A stretch of 64,000 nt of DNA, taken from the NCBI GenBank assembly GCA_963677895.2, contig CAXXGJ010000002.1:192001-256000 (forward strand). Reading direction: 5' to 3'. Origin of the DNA: Treponemataceae bacterium. GTDB lineage: Bacteria > Spirochaetota > Spirochaetia > Treponematales > Rectinemataceae. Positions 1-10,247 of this stretch are shown here, piece after piece. The position numbers were made by a program, and so were the translations under genes. The stretch's first letter is position 1; each line of letters opens with the position of its first letter. The notes under the pieces are model-generated. The model had not been told where the DNA came from, searched no databases, and worked only from the letters and a program-made list of their open reading frames with translations.

Positions 1-1143
1 GAAGTTGCCTATCATCCCCCCGATGCTGGATAGGAAGAATACGAGGAGAATGTGGGTGACCCTGTTCTTGTAGAATCCCTTGGCGCTTGTGACATCGTCC
101 GCGAGCCGCTCGAAATCCTGAACCTTGGGCTTTCGCAAGTATGCCTCGACGACGCCGGCGAAGAGCCCGATTCCCACGAGGGGATTGAGCGTGGCTATGG
201 GCGCCATGAGGAAGGATACGGCTATCGTCAGCGGATGGGCGAGGCAGAGCGCCGAACCGATGGCGGCGAGGGAGCCGTTCAGCAGCACCCATCTGAGCAT
301 CAGCTCAAGGCTAGCCTGTCCGCCGGAGCGAAAAAAACCGACGACGATGAGGGCGAGTATGGCGAGCGGAATTATCCACCCTATGTACTTGGACAGTTTC
401 GAGGGCGGCGGCACCATGTCGATTTCGGATACGTCGGGATTCGCCTCGCCCTTATCCAGTTTCCGCAGCCAGGTCTCAATGCCCGCCATGTGGCCGGCGC
501 CCACGATGGCGACGACATTCTCTTCCTTTTTTTCGAATATTTTAGCCGCGAGATAGCGGTCGCGCTCGTCGATGAGGACTTCCTTGACCGAAGGCAGGTA
601 GTCGGCGAGCTCGTTCATCATCTGTTCCAGCTCGTTCTTGTCCTTCAGCTGCTCTATTTCGCTTTCCGAGAGTTTTTCGTTGGAAAAAGACGAGCCGATG
701 AGGCTGGCGAGAAGCTTCGACTTGTTCCACAGATTGGACCGCGCCCAGGCGCGCTTCAACGTGATCTGGACATCCCGGTCGCAGCAGGACCAGGGGATGC
801 CGGCGGCTTCCGCGGCTTTTACCGCGGCGAGCATTTCCTCTCCGGGTTTGGCGTTTATTCCCTCTCCCATGCGTTTCTGGAAACCCGAGAGCGCGAGGTT
901 GGCCAGGAGAAAAAAGCCCTTGCCTTCCTTGAGCACCTTTCCGATGTCGAGGTTTTCCCAGCGCGAACCTTGGGTCATCGATTGGTAACGGCTGCTGTCC
1001 AGCTCCACGCAGACATGGCCCGGCTTTTCCTGCTCGATGATGGCCGAGACTTCGGCCACGCTTTCGTGCGAAATATGAGCGGTCCCGACCAGGGTGATGG
1101 CACGGTTCGACAGTTCGATCTTTCTAATGGTGTTCGACATCAT
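1..1143 (-). CDS. TraB/PrgY/GumN family (pheromone-shutdown-like) protein, 3' end runs off the window
   Basis: Not in the ORF track (no stop in window). Manual reverse translation gives MMSNTIRKIELSNRAITLVGTAHISHES...VCVELD...PGEEM...DRDVQITLKRAW and ends ...HILLVFFLSSIGGMIGNF; GTAH, VCVELD and DR-I-ITL-R are TraB-family motifs; RBS-like AAGGA upstream. Confidence 0.88.
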   Translation of the reverse strand, partial: MMSNTIRKIELSNRAITLVGTAHISHESVAEVSAIIEQEKPGHVCVELDSSRYQSMTQGSRWENLDIGKVLKEGKGFFLLANLALSGFQKRMGEGINAKPGEEMLAAVKAAEAAGIPWSCCDRDVQITLKRAWARSNLWNKSKLLASLIGSSFSNEKLSESEIEQLKDKNELEQMMNELADYLPSVKEVLIDERDRYLAAKIFEKKEENVVAIVGAGHMAGIETWLRKLDKGEANPDVSEIDMVPPPSKLSKYIGWIIPLAILALIVVGFFRSGGQASLELMLRWVLLNGSLAAIGSALCLAHPLTIAVSFLMAPIATLNPLVGIGLFAGVVEAYLRKPKVQDFERLADDVTSAKGFYKNRVTHILLVFFLSSIGGMIGNF

Positions 1144-1156
1144 CCATCCTTTGGCT

Positions 1157-2194
1157 TCAATCGGAAAGATAGTACTCTTGTTCCTTCCATCCCGACAAGA
1201 TGAGGCCGCGGCCTTTCAGGACCATGGCCGAACGTATGAAGAGATGGAGGAGGGGGCGGGAGAAGGATGCCGGAAATCCGCCGCGCAGGGCTCCTTCCGT
1301 TTCCGAGGCAGCCCTCACGATGCGCTCGCAGTCCTCGACGGTATAGCGGTGCATGGCCGTCCTGAATTTCTTCTGTCCGGCCTTGCTCGTGATTTTTTCG
1401 CGCCTGAAGACTTCCTCTGGGCTCAAGCCCTCGGCGACGCCCCGCTGCAGCTTTTCGAGCTTGCGGAAACTCCACACGAGGGCGGCGATAATCTGCGAAG
1501 GTTCGCTCTGCCTGTCGGCAAGAAGGGTGTCGAGCACGCCAAGGGCTGTCGCGAGATCGCTTCCCGCCATTCTGTCGAAAAGGCTGAAGGCGTCTTCCTG
1601 CCGCGATTTCGAGAGGACCGCCTCGACCTCTTCGGCGCTCAGGCGGGTTCCCTCGGGAAAACAGGCGGTCAGCACCATGCATGCCGACTCCAGCGCCGAT
1701 GTCTCGTTCTCGACGAGCTCCAGGATGACGTCGATGGCCGCGTCGTCGGCCGAAAGCCTGTCCCGCGACAGTTTTTCCCTTATCCACGCGGGTTTTTCCG
1801 AGTCGCGGAGTTCCCAGAACATTTTCTTGTTCGCCGGACCGACGGCCGTCTCTATCGCCTTGGGGAGGGAATAGCCTTCGGTGACGAGGATGAGGACGGC
1901 ATCGTCAGCAGGGTTTTTTATGTAGTTTTCGAGGGCGGTGACGGCGGCTTTGCCGGTGATGGCCTCGGCGTTGCGGTATTCGATCACCCGTCTCGACGAG
2001 AAGAGCGAAGCGTTCTGCAGGAGTCCCACGAGCTGTTCGGGCGAGACTTCGCCCGCGTAGAACCTGCTGTATTCAGGCGGGCTGCCGTCCTTCTCGGCGA
2101 GAGTGTCCCGGATTTCGTGAACGAAAGCCTCGCGCTTGCCCGTTTCGGGACCGGCGAGGATATAGGTCGATGGACGGCGTGCTGATGGCGGCAT
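1157..2194 (-). CDS. holA: DNA polymerase III delta subunit
   Basis: YILAGPETGKRE N-terminus, ASLFSSRRVI motif, C-terminal helical region (FSLFDRM...ALGVLDTLL); start set at ATG 2194 rather than ORF-track 2596. Confidence 0.85.
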   Translation of the reverse strand: MPPSARRPSTYILAGPETGKREAFVHEIRDTLAEKDGSPPEYSRFYAGEVSPEQLVGLLQNASLFSSRRVIEYRNAEAITGKAAVTALENYIKNPADDAVLILVTEGYSLPKAIETAVGPANKKMFWELRDSEKPAWIREKLSRDRLSADDAAIDVILELVENETSALESACMVLTACFPEGTRLSAEEVEAVLSKSRQEDAFSLFDRMAGSDLATALGVLDTLLADRQSEPSQIIAALVWSFRKLEKLQRGVAEGLSPEEVFRREKITSKAGQKKFRTAMHRYTVEDCERIVRAASETEGALRGGFPASFSRPLLHLFIRSAMVLKGRGLILSGWKEQEYYLSD

Positions 2195-2199
2195 GAGGT

Positions 2200-2820
2200 T
2201 CAGTAACTCCGGATTATCGCTTTGAGCTTGCCGAGGATGCGTACATCCTGGGTGTAGATGGGGGCGTAGTCGGGGTTTTCCGCCTGGAGGCGAATTCTGT
2301 TGTTTTCCTTGAAGAATCTTTTGAGCGTGGCCGAATCGTCGATGAGGGCGGCGACGATCTCGCCGTTTTCCGCGGTGGGGCGCTGCTCGATTATGGCCAT
2401 ATCGCCCGACTGGATGCCCGCGTCCCTCATGCTGTCTCCCTGGATGCGGAGGGCGAAGCATTTGCCCGCCCTTAGGTATTCGGAAGGAATGCGAATCGTC
2501 CCCGTCCAGTTTTCTTCGGCCAGGATGGGATTGCCGGCCGCTATGGCGCCCAGGATGGGGACTTCGGCGATAGTGTTGTCGATTTCTTAAACGCAAGAAA
2601 GGATTCGCGAGTTCGAGATGATCTCCAGAGCCCTGGATCGGTTTTCCTGAAGCTTTATGGCGCCCTTTTTCTCTAGGGCCTTGATATGGTCATAGGCGCC
2701 CTTGATGGAAATGGAAAAAGCCTTGGCCGTCTCGCGCACGGTAGGGGGATAGGAGTTCTTCTCGATGAAGCTGGTGAGAAAGTCCAGAATTTCCTGTTGG
2801 CGGTCCGTCAGTTCCTTCAT
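2200..2820 (-). pseudogene. lexA: LexA repressor interrupted by an in-frame TAA (2587-2589) in the interdomain linker
   Basis: N-terminal wHTH (LTDRQQEILDF...YPPTVRE...SRALEII) and C-terminal S24 peptidase (VPILGAIAAGNP, GDSM, ATLKRF) are in the same frame, separated only by one TAA. Confidence 0.85.
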
Positions 2821-2908
2821 CGTGAATTACTATCCTTATGTATAGTATATTCCATCATTGGAGAATTTTTACAAGGGGGAACATGGAAATTGCGGTGAAA
2901 ATCCGGTT

Positions 2909-3181
2909 TCAGCCCAGTTCCTCGTTGAAACCGGTTTCGAAAAGGTTTTTTATCGCGTCGACGGCGGCCTGCTCATCCGCGCCTTCGGCGCTGATCTTGA
3001 TCTTCGAACCGTAGCTGGCGGCGAGCGTTATGATGCCCATGATGGATTTGGCGTTGATGCGGTTGCCGTTCTTCTCCAGGAAGATCCTGGATGAGAACTT
3101 TACAGCCGTCTGGGCGATGAGCGCCGATGGTCTCGCATGGATACCCGCCCTGTTCTTTATCGTCGTCTCAATCTCAACCAT
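2909..3181 (-). CDS. ptsH: Phosphocarrier protein HPr
   Basis: GIHARP (His15) and NAKSIMG (Ser46) motifs, 90 aa. Confidence 0.97.
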   Translation of the reverse strand: MVEIETTIKNRAGIHARPSALIAQTAVKFSSRIFLEKNGNRINAKSIMGIITLAASYGSKIKISAEGADEQAAVDAIKNLFETGFNEELG

Positions 3182-3201
3182 GGTTTGCTCCGGTAGTAGG
3201 A

Positions 3202-4197
3202 TCAGTAATCGTCGCGTGAAAAGTATAAGGCTCTCGCGTTTTCGCTTTCAAGCCAGCGCATGATGTTCTGGTTGAACTCTTTCGCGGAGTGGTAGCCCAT
3301 TTTCTTTAGTCTTTCGTTCATCGCCGCGGTTTCCACGATGATGGGGATGTTCCGTCCAGGCTTCACGGGGATTTCCAGCTTGGGAACCTTCACTTCCAGT
3401 ATTTCGGTCGTGAGTTCGTCCATGCCTATCCTGTCGTACACCTTTTCGGGGTTCCAGTCTTCGAGCTGGCAGACCAGCTGGATCTGTTTCTTGTCGCGTA
3501 TGGCGCCGACGCCGAAGAGGTGGGTGATGTTGATGATGCCCAGTCCCCTGATTTCCATATGATGGCCGATTACCTTGTTCGCGCCTTGTCCCATGAGGAT
3601 GGAGCCGTTAACGCAGCGTATTTCCACGACGTCGTCGGCCACGAGGCGATGGCCGCGCTCTATGAGCTCGAGCGCCGTTTCGCTCTTCCCGACGCCGGAA
3701 TCCCCGGTGAGGAGAATCCCTATGCCGAAAACCTCCACAAGGACGCCATGCACGCTGATTTTGGGAGCGAATATGTCCGAGATCACGCGGATCACCCTGC
3801 TCGAGAACTCGCTCGAATTGAGGCTGGTGGTGAGGATGGCGCAGCCGGCCGCTTCAGCCTCGGCGATAAAATTCTCTGAGGGCTGGAGTGAATTCGTGAA
3901 TATGCAGCAGGGTATTTTATAGGAAAAAAGCGTCTTGATCGATTGCAGGGAACCTTCCGCCTCGAGTTTTTCGAGGTAGGCGCATTCGCCCCGGCCGAAG
4001 ATCTGAAGGCGGCTCCACGCGAAGGATTCATAGAATCCGGCGAGGGCCAGGCCCGGACGGTTGAGATCGGGCACGGTGATCTGCCTTCCCAATCCTGCCC
4101 TGCCCGCGACGCATTTGAGGCTGAGGGCGTTCTGTTCCTTGAGGTCCAGATCGACGAGATCGAGGACGGTGAATACCGCCGGTTCGTTTCCTATCAC
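3202..4197 (-). CDS. hprK: HPr kinase/phosphorylase
   Basis: NRPGLALAG, HGVLVEVFGIGILLTGDSGVGKSETALEL, HRLVADD, MEIRGLGII, PVKPGRN; start uncertain (GTG 4197 preferred, ORF track 4227). Confidence 0.95.
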   Translation of the reverse strand: MIGNEPAVFTVLDLVDLDLKEQNALSLKCVAGRAGLGRQITVPDLNRPGLALAGFYESFAWSRLQIFGRGECAYLEKLEAEGSLQSIKTLFSYKIPCCIFTNSLQPSENFIAEAEAAGCAILTTSLNSSEFSSRVIRVISDIFAPKISVHGVLVEVFGIGILLTGDSGVGKSETALELIERGHRLVADDVVEIRCVNGSILMGQGANKVIGHHMEIRGLGIINITHLFGVGAIRDKKQIQLVCQLEDWNPEKVYDRIGMDELTTEILEVKVPKLEIPVKPGRNIPIIVETAAMNERLKKMGYHSAKEFNQNIMRWLESENARALYFSRDDY

Positions 4198-4204
4198 GCG
4201 GACA

Positions 4205-4233
4205 AGTGTACTACGAACGGCCGACAAGGTAAA
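4205..4233 (-). promoter_or_regulatory. Putative sigma-70 promoter of hprK (leaderless)
   Basis: TTTACC-N17-TACACT on minus strand, 7 nt before in-frame GTG at 4197. Confidence 0.45.
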
Positions 4234-4249
4234 TGCGCCAACGCCTATG

Positions 4250-4292
4250 AAAAAGCCTTCCCGAAACCGCCCTTTCAGGCGGGGGGAAGGCT
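4250..4292 (-). terminator. Intrinsic terminator after hpf
   Basis: AGCCTTCCC...GGGAAGGCT stem with inner CCGCC/GGCGG pairing, followed by TTTT on minus strand. Confidence 0.65.
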
Positions 4293-4299
4293 CAGGATT

Positions 4300-4593
4300 C
4301 TATTTCCTTTCCTGTATCTTGTCTTTCTCCTTGGAGATTTTCTGGTCCAGCTTATCCATGAGCAGGTCTATTCCCGGATTGACCTCGAAGGAGGTTTCCA
4401 GAAGATGAGCCTGTACGCCCCAGCGGAAGTTGACGGTCACCTCCAGTTTATAGTTTTTGGAGTCCTTCGTGATCACGAACAGAAGATCGACGATCATATC
4501 CTTTGCGTACCCGATCCTCTCCGCCCTTGTTGCCAAATATTGTCTGCTTTCCTCGCTGAGATCGAAATGTACGGATCGAACGTCGATGTTCAT
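4300..4593 (-). CDS. hpf: Ribosome hibernation promoting factor (short HPF/RaiA)
   Basis: MNIDVRSVHFDLSE...IDLLMDKLDQKISKEKDK pattern; directly downstream of rpoN; AGGAGG RBS. Confidence 0.85.
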   Translation of the reverse strand: MNIDVRSVHFDLSEESRQYLATRAERIGYAKDMIVDLLFVITKDSKNYKLEVTVNFRWGVQAHLLETSFEVNPGIDLLMDKLDQKISKEKDKIQERK

Positions 4594-4631
4594 GGGCACC
4601 TCCTGTGATAGTCGCGCGGCTCAAGCCGCGT

Positions 4632-6011
4632 TCAGCGTTTCCGGCGGCTGAATGATGAATCCATATCCAGCTCGCCCCTGTATTTAGCCACCGTCCGGCG
4701 CGCTATCTTTATGCCGCGCGCGGCGAGAATCTCCACCAATTCCCTGTCCGAAAGGGCGGCGTTGTCGCCGCTTTCGGATTCCAGGAATTCCCTGAGGGTC
4801 GCCTTGACGCCTTCCTTCGAATGCGTACCCGATGTCGAGGACGTTGAGGGAACGGCGTTCGTGAAAAACCGCCTCAGTTCAAATATACCCCATTCCGTCT
4901 GAACATACTTGCCGTTCGCCAATCTCGAGACCGTGGTTTCGTGCACGCCCACTTCTTCGGCTACATCCTTGAGGGTGAGAGGCTTCATGGCCATAGGTCC
5001 CTCGATGAAAAACTCGGTCTGGAACTTCACGATGGCTTTGGCCACCTTGATGAGGGTGGCGTTTCTCTGCTGGATGCTTCCGATGAAGAATTTCGCTTTT
5101 TCTATGTTTTCCTTGACGAAGCTGACGGTGTCTTTTTCTCCGCCTTTTTTCGCCGAGATCTCCGAGAAAAAGGGGTTGATGCCCAGAACGGGGATAATTT
5201 CGTCGTTCAGTTCGATGACGAATTCATTGTCCTCGATGCGTATGGCCAGGTCGGGAATGACATAGCGGGTTCTTTCCGTGGAAAACAGTCTTCCGGGGAA
5301 GGGCGAAAGGGTTTTTATGTAGGCGAGCACGGTATCGAACTGGGAATCCTTGAGCTTGAGGCTTTTCCTTATCTCCGCGTATTTTCCTTTTTCGAGGTTG
5401 TCGAGGTGGTCGCGCAGGGCCTCGATGGTGCCTTTCGGCGCTTCGGGATCCAGGGCCGCCTGCACGAGGAGGCTTTCCTTATAGTCGGCGGTGCATGTCC
5501 CGCTGGGATCGAGTCTCCTGACGATGTCCATCGCCTCTTCGATCTCCTCGTCTGAGCAGGTGGGGCATAGTTCCGCCGGATCGCTGCGATGGAAGCCGTT
5601 GTCGTCCAGGTTCTGGATGAGTCTTTCGCCCAGTTCTCTTTTCGCGGGGGGCAGGGGGAGGATGCGAAGCTGGGCGAGAAGGTGGTCCTGGAGGGTTTCT
5701 GGCAGGAAGATGGCGCCTTCCAGGAACTTTCTTTTGGAATCTTCGTTTTCGTACGATGAGGTGTAGCTGAAATCGGCATTCTCGTCTTCCCATACGTCGG
5801 GGGCGGCTTCCGCCTTGTCCTCCGCGAAGGTTTCGAGAGAGACTTCGGTCCTGTCGTCGAGAATTTCGAGGGCGGGATTCGTCTCAAGTTCCGCCTGGAT
5901 TTCTTCGGTCAATTCCGCGATCGGCATCGCGAGGATCTTGATTGATTGAAGCATTCGGGGGTTGAGCTTCTGACGCTGTTCCGCGACCAGGACCGGTCGT
6001 TGTACCTGCAC
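4632..6011 (-). CDS. rpoN: RNA polymerase sigma-54 factor
   Basis: Region I (LQSIKILAMP...NPALE), HTH (PLTLKDVAEEVGVHETTVSR) and RpoN box ARRTVAKYR. Confidence 0.97.
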   Translation of the reverse strand: MQVQRPVLVAEQRQKLNPRMLQSIKILAMPIAELTEEIQAELETNPALEILDDRTEVSLETFAEDKAEAAPDVWEDENADFSYTSSYENEDSKRKFLEGAIFLPETLQDHLLAQLRILPLPPAKRELGERLIQNLDDNGFHRSDPAELCPTCSDEEIEEAMDIVRRLDPSGTCTADYKESLLVQAALDPEAPKGTIEALRDHLDNLEKGKYAEIRKSLKLKDSQFDTVLAYIKTLSPFPGRLFSTERTRYVIPDLAIRIEDNEFVIELNDEIIPVLGINPFFSEISAKKGGEKDTVSFVKENIEKAKFFIGSIQQRNATLIKVAKAIVKFQTEFFIEGPMAMKPLTLKDVAEEVGVHETTVSRLANGKYVQTEWGIFELRRFFTNAVPSTSSTSGTHSKEGVKATLREFLESESGDNAALSDRELVEILAARGIKIARRTVAKYRGELDMDSSFSRRKR

Positions 6012-6031
6012 TGAATTCTCCTATACCTGTA

Positions 6032-6059
6032 AATGTAAGGTACAACGCGACAATGTCAA
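6032..6059 (-). promoter_or_regulatory. Putative sigma-70 promoter of rpoN operon
   Basis: TTGACA-N16-TACATT on minus strand upstream of AGGAG RBS. Confidence 0.45.
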
Positions 6060-6141
6060 TATGAAGCCGGGATGTTTCGCTGCAACCCGCCGACATCCGC
6101 ATGCTTCCGCCCGGAAGCGCTCCGATATCGGTCGCGGATTA

Positions 6142-6170
6142 TTGACGGTCGCGCCAAGTCTTATTATTTT
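6142..6170 (+). promoter_or_regulatory. Putative sigma-70 promoter of grpE-dnaK-dnaJ
   Basis: TTGACG-N17-TATTTT. Confidence 0.45.
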
Positions 6171-6217
6171 ATAGGCGTACGTTTGATTTACAATTCAATA
6201 CTCCGCAAGGTAGGAAG

Positions 6218-6961
6218 ATGTCCAAACACAGAAATGATTCAAAGATGCATGGGGAGAATGCCGCTTCCTCCGAGAACCCGAAGGGTGCCTCGGCCGCTCC
6301 CGATGCCGCCGCGGGTTCCGTCATGCCGGCCGCGGGTCCCGCTCCCGAAAACAAGGTCAACGAGCCCTCGGGAAGCGAAAAGCCATCCGCTTCCCTGACC
6401 GCCGAGCTGGAAGCCGCCCGCGCCCAGGTTGCCTCGCTTCGCGAGGAGGTGGATCAGCTGAACGAGAAATACCTCAGGAAGCTTGCCGACGAGGTGAATT
6501 TCAGAAAGCGCATGATCAGGGAAAAGGAAGAGGCGCAGAAATACGCCGTGGCTTCCCTTCTTGGCGACCTGATTCCCATTCTGGACGATTTCGACCGCGG
6601 AATCGCCAGCGTCGAGAGCACGAAAAACTACGAACAGCTCAACGAAGGCGTCATCCTCATCAGAAAGCAGTTGTCGCAGATGCTGGAAAATAAGTATGCT
6701 CTAAAGAGATTCGAATCGAAGGGAACGCTCTTCGATCCGAACCGTCATGAGGCGGTGTTCGCCGAGCCCGCCGATATCGAGGACCCGGTGGTCGCGGACG
6801 AGTATCTTCCCGGCTACTCTCTGCACGACAGGATCCTGAGGACAGCCAAGGTAAGGGTGAGAATTCCCGCTCCCGGAAAATCCGCCGGCGCCGCCGATGC
6901 GGCGGGCGAGAAAGCGGGGAACGATGGCGCCGGTTCCGCCGCCAAGGCAGATCAGGCTTGA
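6218..6961 (+). CDS. grpE: Nucleotide exchange factor GrpE
   Basis: YLRKLADEVNFRKR, LIPILDDFDRG, FDPNRHEAV, GYSLHDRILRTAKVRV; precedes dnaK. Confidence 0.96.
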   Translation: MSKHRNDSKMHGENAASSENPKGASAAPDAAAGSVMPAAGPAPENKVNEPSGSEKPSASLTAELEAARAQVASLREEVDQLNEKYLRKLADEVNFRKRMIREKEEAQKYAVASLLGDLIPILDDFDRGIASVESTKNYEQLNEGVILIRKQLSQMLENKYALKRFESKGTLFDPNRHEAVFAEPADIEDPVVADEYLPGYSLHDRILRTAKVRVRIPAPGKSAGAADAAGEKAGNDGAGSAAKADQA

Positions 6962-6991
6962 TACTGAAAGTTTTAGGAAGGAGAAAATAAT

Positions 6992-8959
6992 ATGGGTAGG
7001 ATTATAGGCATCGATCTCGGAACGACTAACTCTTGCGTCTCGGTGATGGAGGGCGGCGAGCCGATCGTCATTTCCAATTCCGAGGGGCAGCGGACAACGC
7101 CGTCCATCGTGGGTTTCACCGCGAAGGGAGAGCGCGTCGTAGGTCAGCCGGCCAAGAACCAGATGATCACCAACGCCGAGAACACTGTCTACTCCATCAA
7201 GCGTTTCATGGGTCGCCGTTTCGCGGAAGTCCAGTCGGAAATCAAGATGGTTCCCTTCAATGTCTCTGACAACGGCAACGACGTGCGCGTCGATATCCAG
7301 GGCAAGAAATACAGCCCCCAGGAGATCAGCGCCTTCATTCTCCAGAAAATGAAGAAGACCGCCGAGGATTACCTGGGCGAGCCTGTCACCGAGGCCGTCA
7401 TCACGGTTCCGGCATACTTCAACGACTCCCAGCGCCAGGCCACCAAGGACGCGGGCAAGATCGCCGGCCTTGAGGTAAAGCGCATCATCAACGAGCCGAC
7501 GGCCGCCAGCCTCGCCTATGGCTTCAACAAGGACCAGAAGAAAGAAAGGACCATAGCCGTGTACGATCTCGGCGGCGGCACCTTCGATATTTCCATCCTC
7601 GAACTGGGCGAAGGCGTCTTCGAGGTCAAGTCGACCAACGGCGATACCCACCTGGGCGGCGACGACTTCGATCTCAGGGTCACCCAGTGGCTCGTCGATG
7701 AGTTCAAAAAAGATACCGGCATCGATCTCTCCAAGGACCGCATGGCTCTGCAGCGCCTGAGGGAAGCGGCCGAGAAGGCCAAGATCGAGCTCTCGAACGT
7801 CATGCAGGCCGATATCAACCTGCCCTTCATCACCGCCGACGCCTCGGGCCCCAAGCATCTCCAGAAGTCCCTTTCGAGGGCTAAATTCGAGCAGATGTGC
7901 GAAGATCTCTTCGAGAGGACCAAGGAACCCTGCCGCAAGGCTATCGCCGACGCGGGGCTCACCGTGGACAAGATCGACGAGGTCATCCTCGTCGGCGGCT
8001 CCACCAGGACGCCCAAGGTCAAGCAGGTAGTCAAGGAAATTTTCGGCAAGGAACCCTCCATGGGCGTCAACCCGGATGAAGCCGTCGCCGTCGGCGCGGC
8101 CATTCAGGGCGGTATCCTGGGCGGCGACGTGAAGGACGTCCTCCTTCTCGACGTGACCCCGCTTTCCCTCGGCATCGAAACCCTGGGCGGCGTCTTCACC
8201 AAGCTCATTCCCCGCAATACGACGATTCCCTGCCGCAAGAGCCAGATTTTCTCCACCGCGGCCGACGGACAGACGGCGGTTTCCATCCATGTCCTCCAGG
8301 GCGAGCGCGAAATGGCCAGCCAGGACAGGACGCTGGGCAGATTCGACCTTGTGGGCATTCCCCCGGCTCCCCGCGGCATTCCGCAGGTAGAGGTCACCTT
8401 CGATATCGACGCGAACGGCATCGTCCACGTATCGGCGAAGGATCTGGGCACGGGCAAGGAACAGAAGATCAGGATCGAGGCTTCCAGCGGCCTCAACGAA
8501 GGCGACATCGAGAAGATGGTGCGCGAAGCCGAAGCCCATGCCGACGAGGACCGGAAGGAACGCGAGCGCGTGGACGCCAGGAACGAGGCGGACGCGCTGA
8601 TCTATCAGACCGAAAAGGCCCTCAAGGAATACGGCGATAAGGCCGGTCCCGGCGAGAAGCAGAATATCGAGACGGCGGTCAAGGACCTGAAGAAGGCCAT
8701 GGAAGTTTCCGACGTCGAAGCGCTCAAGCAGAAGACCGAGGCGCTGAAGCAGGCTTCCTACAAGCTTTCCGAGGAACTTTATAAGAATGCCCAGGGCTCG
8801 CAAAGTAATGCTTCTCAGGGCGCGGCCGGCCAGGGACCGAACGCGGGCCCCGGTTTCGGCGGCCCGGCCGACGGTCAGGGCGCTCCCGGCCAGGACGAGG
8901 GCACGAAGACCGCGGACGACGTCGATTACAAAGTAGTGGACGACGAGGACAAGAAATAG
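6992..8959 (+). CDS. dnaK: Chaperone DnaK (Hsp70)
   Basis: [45 protein letters not shown]. Confidence 0.99.
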   Translation: MGRIIGIDLGTTNSCVSVMEGGEPIVISNSEGQRTTPSIVGFTAKGERVVGQPAKNQMITNAENTVYSIKRFMGRRFAEVQSEIKMVPFNVSDNGNDVRVDIQGKKYSPQEISAFILQKMKKTAEDYLGEPVTEAVITVPAYFNDSQRQATKDAGKIAGLEVKRIINEPTAASLAYGFNKDQKKERTIAVYDLGGGTFDISILELGEGVFEVKSTNGDTHLGGDDFDLRVTQWLVDEFKKDTGIDLSKDRMALQRLREAAEKAKIELSNVMQADINLPFITADASGPKHLQKSLSRAKFEQMCEDLFERTKEPCRKAIADAGLTVDKIDEVILVGGSTRTPKVKQVVKEIFGKEPSMGVNPDEAVAVGAAIQGGILGGDVKDVLLLDVTPLSLGIETLGGVFTKLIPRNTTIPCRKSQIFSTAADGQTAVSIHVLQGEREMASQDRTLGRFDLVGIPPAPRGIPQVEVTFDIDANGIVHVSAKDLGTGKEQKIRIEASSGLNEGDIEKMVREAEAHADEDRKERERVDARNEADALIYQTEKALKEYGDKAGPGEKQNIETAVKDLKKAMEVSDVEALKQKTEALKQASYKLSEELYKNAQGSQSNASQGAAGQGPNAGPGFGGPADGQGAPGQDEGTKTADDVDYKVVDDEDKK

Positions 8960-8968
8960 ACATAAAAG

Positions 8969-8995
8969 GGCGCCCCGAGAGGGGCGCCATGTTTT
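8969..8995 (+). terminator. Hairpin/weak terminator between dnaK and dnaJ
   Basis: GGCGCCCC-GAGA-GGGGCGCC followed by ATGTTTT. Confidence 0.65.
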
Positions 8996-9023
8996 CAAAC
9001 TTTTTCAGTCGAGGATAGCTTAA

Positions 9024-10160
9024 GTGGCGAAGCGAGATTATTACGAGGTTCTTGGAGTACAGAAAGACGCGACCAAGGACGACATCAAAAGGGCATACAG
9101 GAAGCTTGCCATACAGTTCCATCCCGACAAGAACCCCGGGGACAAGGCGGCTGAGGAAAAGTTCAAGGAAGCCACCGAAGCCTACGAGGTTCTCGGCGAC
9201 GAACAGAAAAGGCCGGCTTACGACCAGTTTGGATTCGCGGGCGTCGAGGGTATGGGCGGCGGTCAGCCCGATTCCACTATTTTCAGGGATTTTGAGGATA
9301 TTTTTGGCGGCTTCGGGGATTTTTCCTCGATTTTCGGCTCCATTTTCGGAAACTCCGGCGGCGGATTCGCCGGGGATCGTCGATCGGACCGGCCTCACCG
9401 CGGATCGAATCTCAGGTACGATATAGAGCTTCCTTTTGAAAAGGCCATCTACGGCACGACCGTGGAAATCGCCTATTCCAGGGACGATACATGCAAGACC
9501 TGCGGCGGCTCAGGCTCGGCTGATGGTTCGGGCCGCAAGGTCTGCGGCATGTGCAAGGGCTCCGGCCAGGTGCGCAGAAGCTCCGGCTTCTTCTCCATCT
9601 CCCAGCCCTGCCCCACCTGCAACGGCGAGGGCTCCGTCATCGACAAGCCTTGCCGCGACTGCAGCGGATCGGGCATAGCCAAGAAGAAACAGAAGATCAA
9701 GGTAACCATCCCTCCCGGAGTGGACGACGGCAAGCGCGTGACGATACCGAGCCAGGGCGACGTGGGGCCTAACGCGGGCGCTCCCGGCGATCTCTATGTA
9801 TTCATTCACGTCCGCAGTCATGAATTTTTTGAACGACACGAACAGGATCTTTATTGCGCCGTTCGGATCGACATGACCACGGCGGCCTTGGGCGGCGATG
9901 TCGTCGTCAACACGCTCGACGGCAAGAAGATCAAGTTGAGCATTCCGGCCGGTACGCAGCATGGCAAACTCCTCCGCGTAAGGGAGGAGGGAGTGCCTAG
10001 TTCGTCGGGACGCAAGGGCGATCTCTACATCAAGGTTCTCGTGCAGATTCCCGCGCGCCTGTCGAGGAAGGGCAAGGAACTTCTCGAGGAACTGCGCGGC
10101 ATAGAAGGCGAAAACGCCGAACCGCAGGCGGTGAAGCTTTCGGAAGTGGCCGGCGCCTAA
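9024..10160 (+). CDS. dnaJ: Chaperone DnaJ (class A)
   Basis: J domain with HPD, G/F region, four CxxCxGxG repeats, C-terminal domain. Confidence 0.98.
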   Translation: MAKRDYYEVLGVQKDATKDDIKRAYRKLAIQFHPDKNPGDKAAEEKFKEATEAYEVLGDEQKRPAYDQFGFAGVEGMGGGQPDSTIFRDFEDIFGGFGDFSSIFGSIFGNSGGGFAGDRRSDRPHRGSNLRYDIELPFEKAIYGTTVEIAYSRDDTCKTCGGSGSADGSGRKVCGMCKGSGQVRRSSGFFSISQPCPTCNGEGSVIDKPCRDCSGSGIAKKKQKIKVTIPPGVDDGKRVTIPSQGDVGPNAGAPGDLYVFIHVRSHEFFERHEQDLYCAVRIDMTTAALGGDVVVNTLDGKKIKLSIPAGTQHGKLLRVREEGVPSSSGRKGDLYIKVLVQIPARLSRKGKELLEELRGIEGENAEPQAVKLSEVAGA

Positions 10161-10210
10161 GTAGCCTGAATGGGCATCCCCTGTCGGCTCTGCGCTCGCA
10201 AGAGCCTGAA

Positions 10211-10243
10211 GAAAAAGCCCGCACATCGTGTGCGGGCTTTTTC
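10211..10243. terminator. Bidirectional intrinsic terminator
   Basis: GAAAAAGCCCGCACA-TCG-TGTGCGGGCTTTTTC perfect inverted repeat between convergent genes. Confidence 0.85.
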
Positions 10244-10247
10244 GTCG

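Noticed and set aside
52..2185. Long plus-strand ORFs 52-1203 and 1094-2185
   Set aside because: Antisense shadows of the TraB-family gene and holA; no recognisable motifs
2587..2589. Recoded stop in lexA (selenocysteine, pyrrolysine or alternative code)
   Set aside because: The codon is TAA, which terminates other genes here (e.g. dnaJ, tctC, leuC)
2850..2863. TCCA-TCAT-TGGA dyad upstream of lexA as SOS box
   Set aside because: Only a 4-bp arm and no second copy found to support it
6701..8998. 765-aa minus-strand ORF
   Set aside because: Well-known antisense ORF opposite dnaK arising from codon bias
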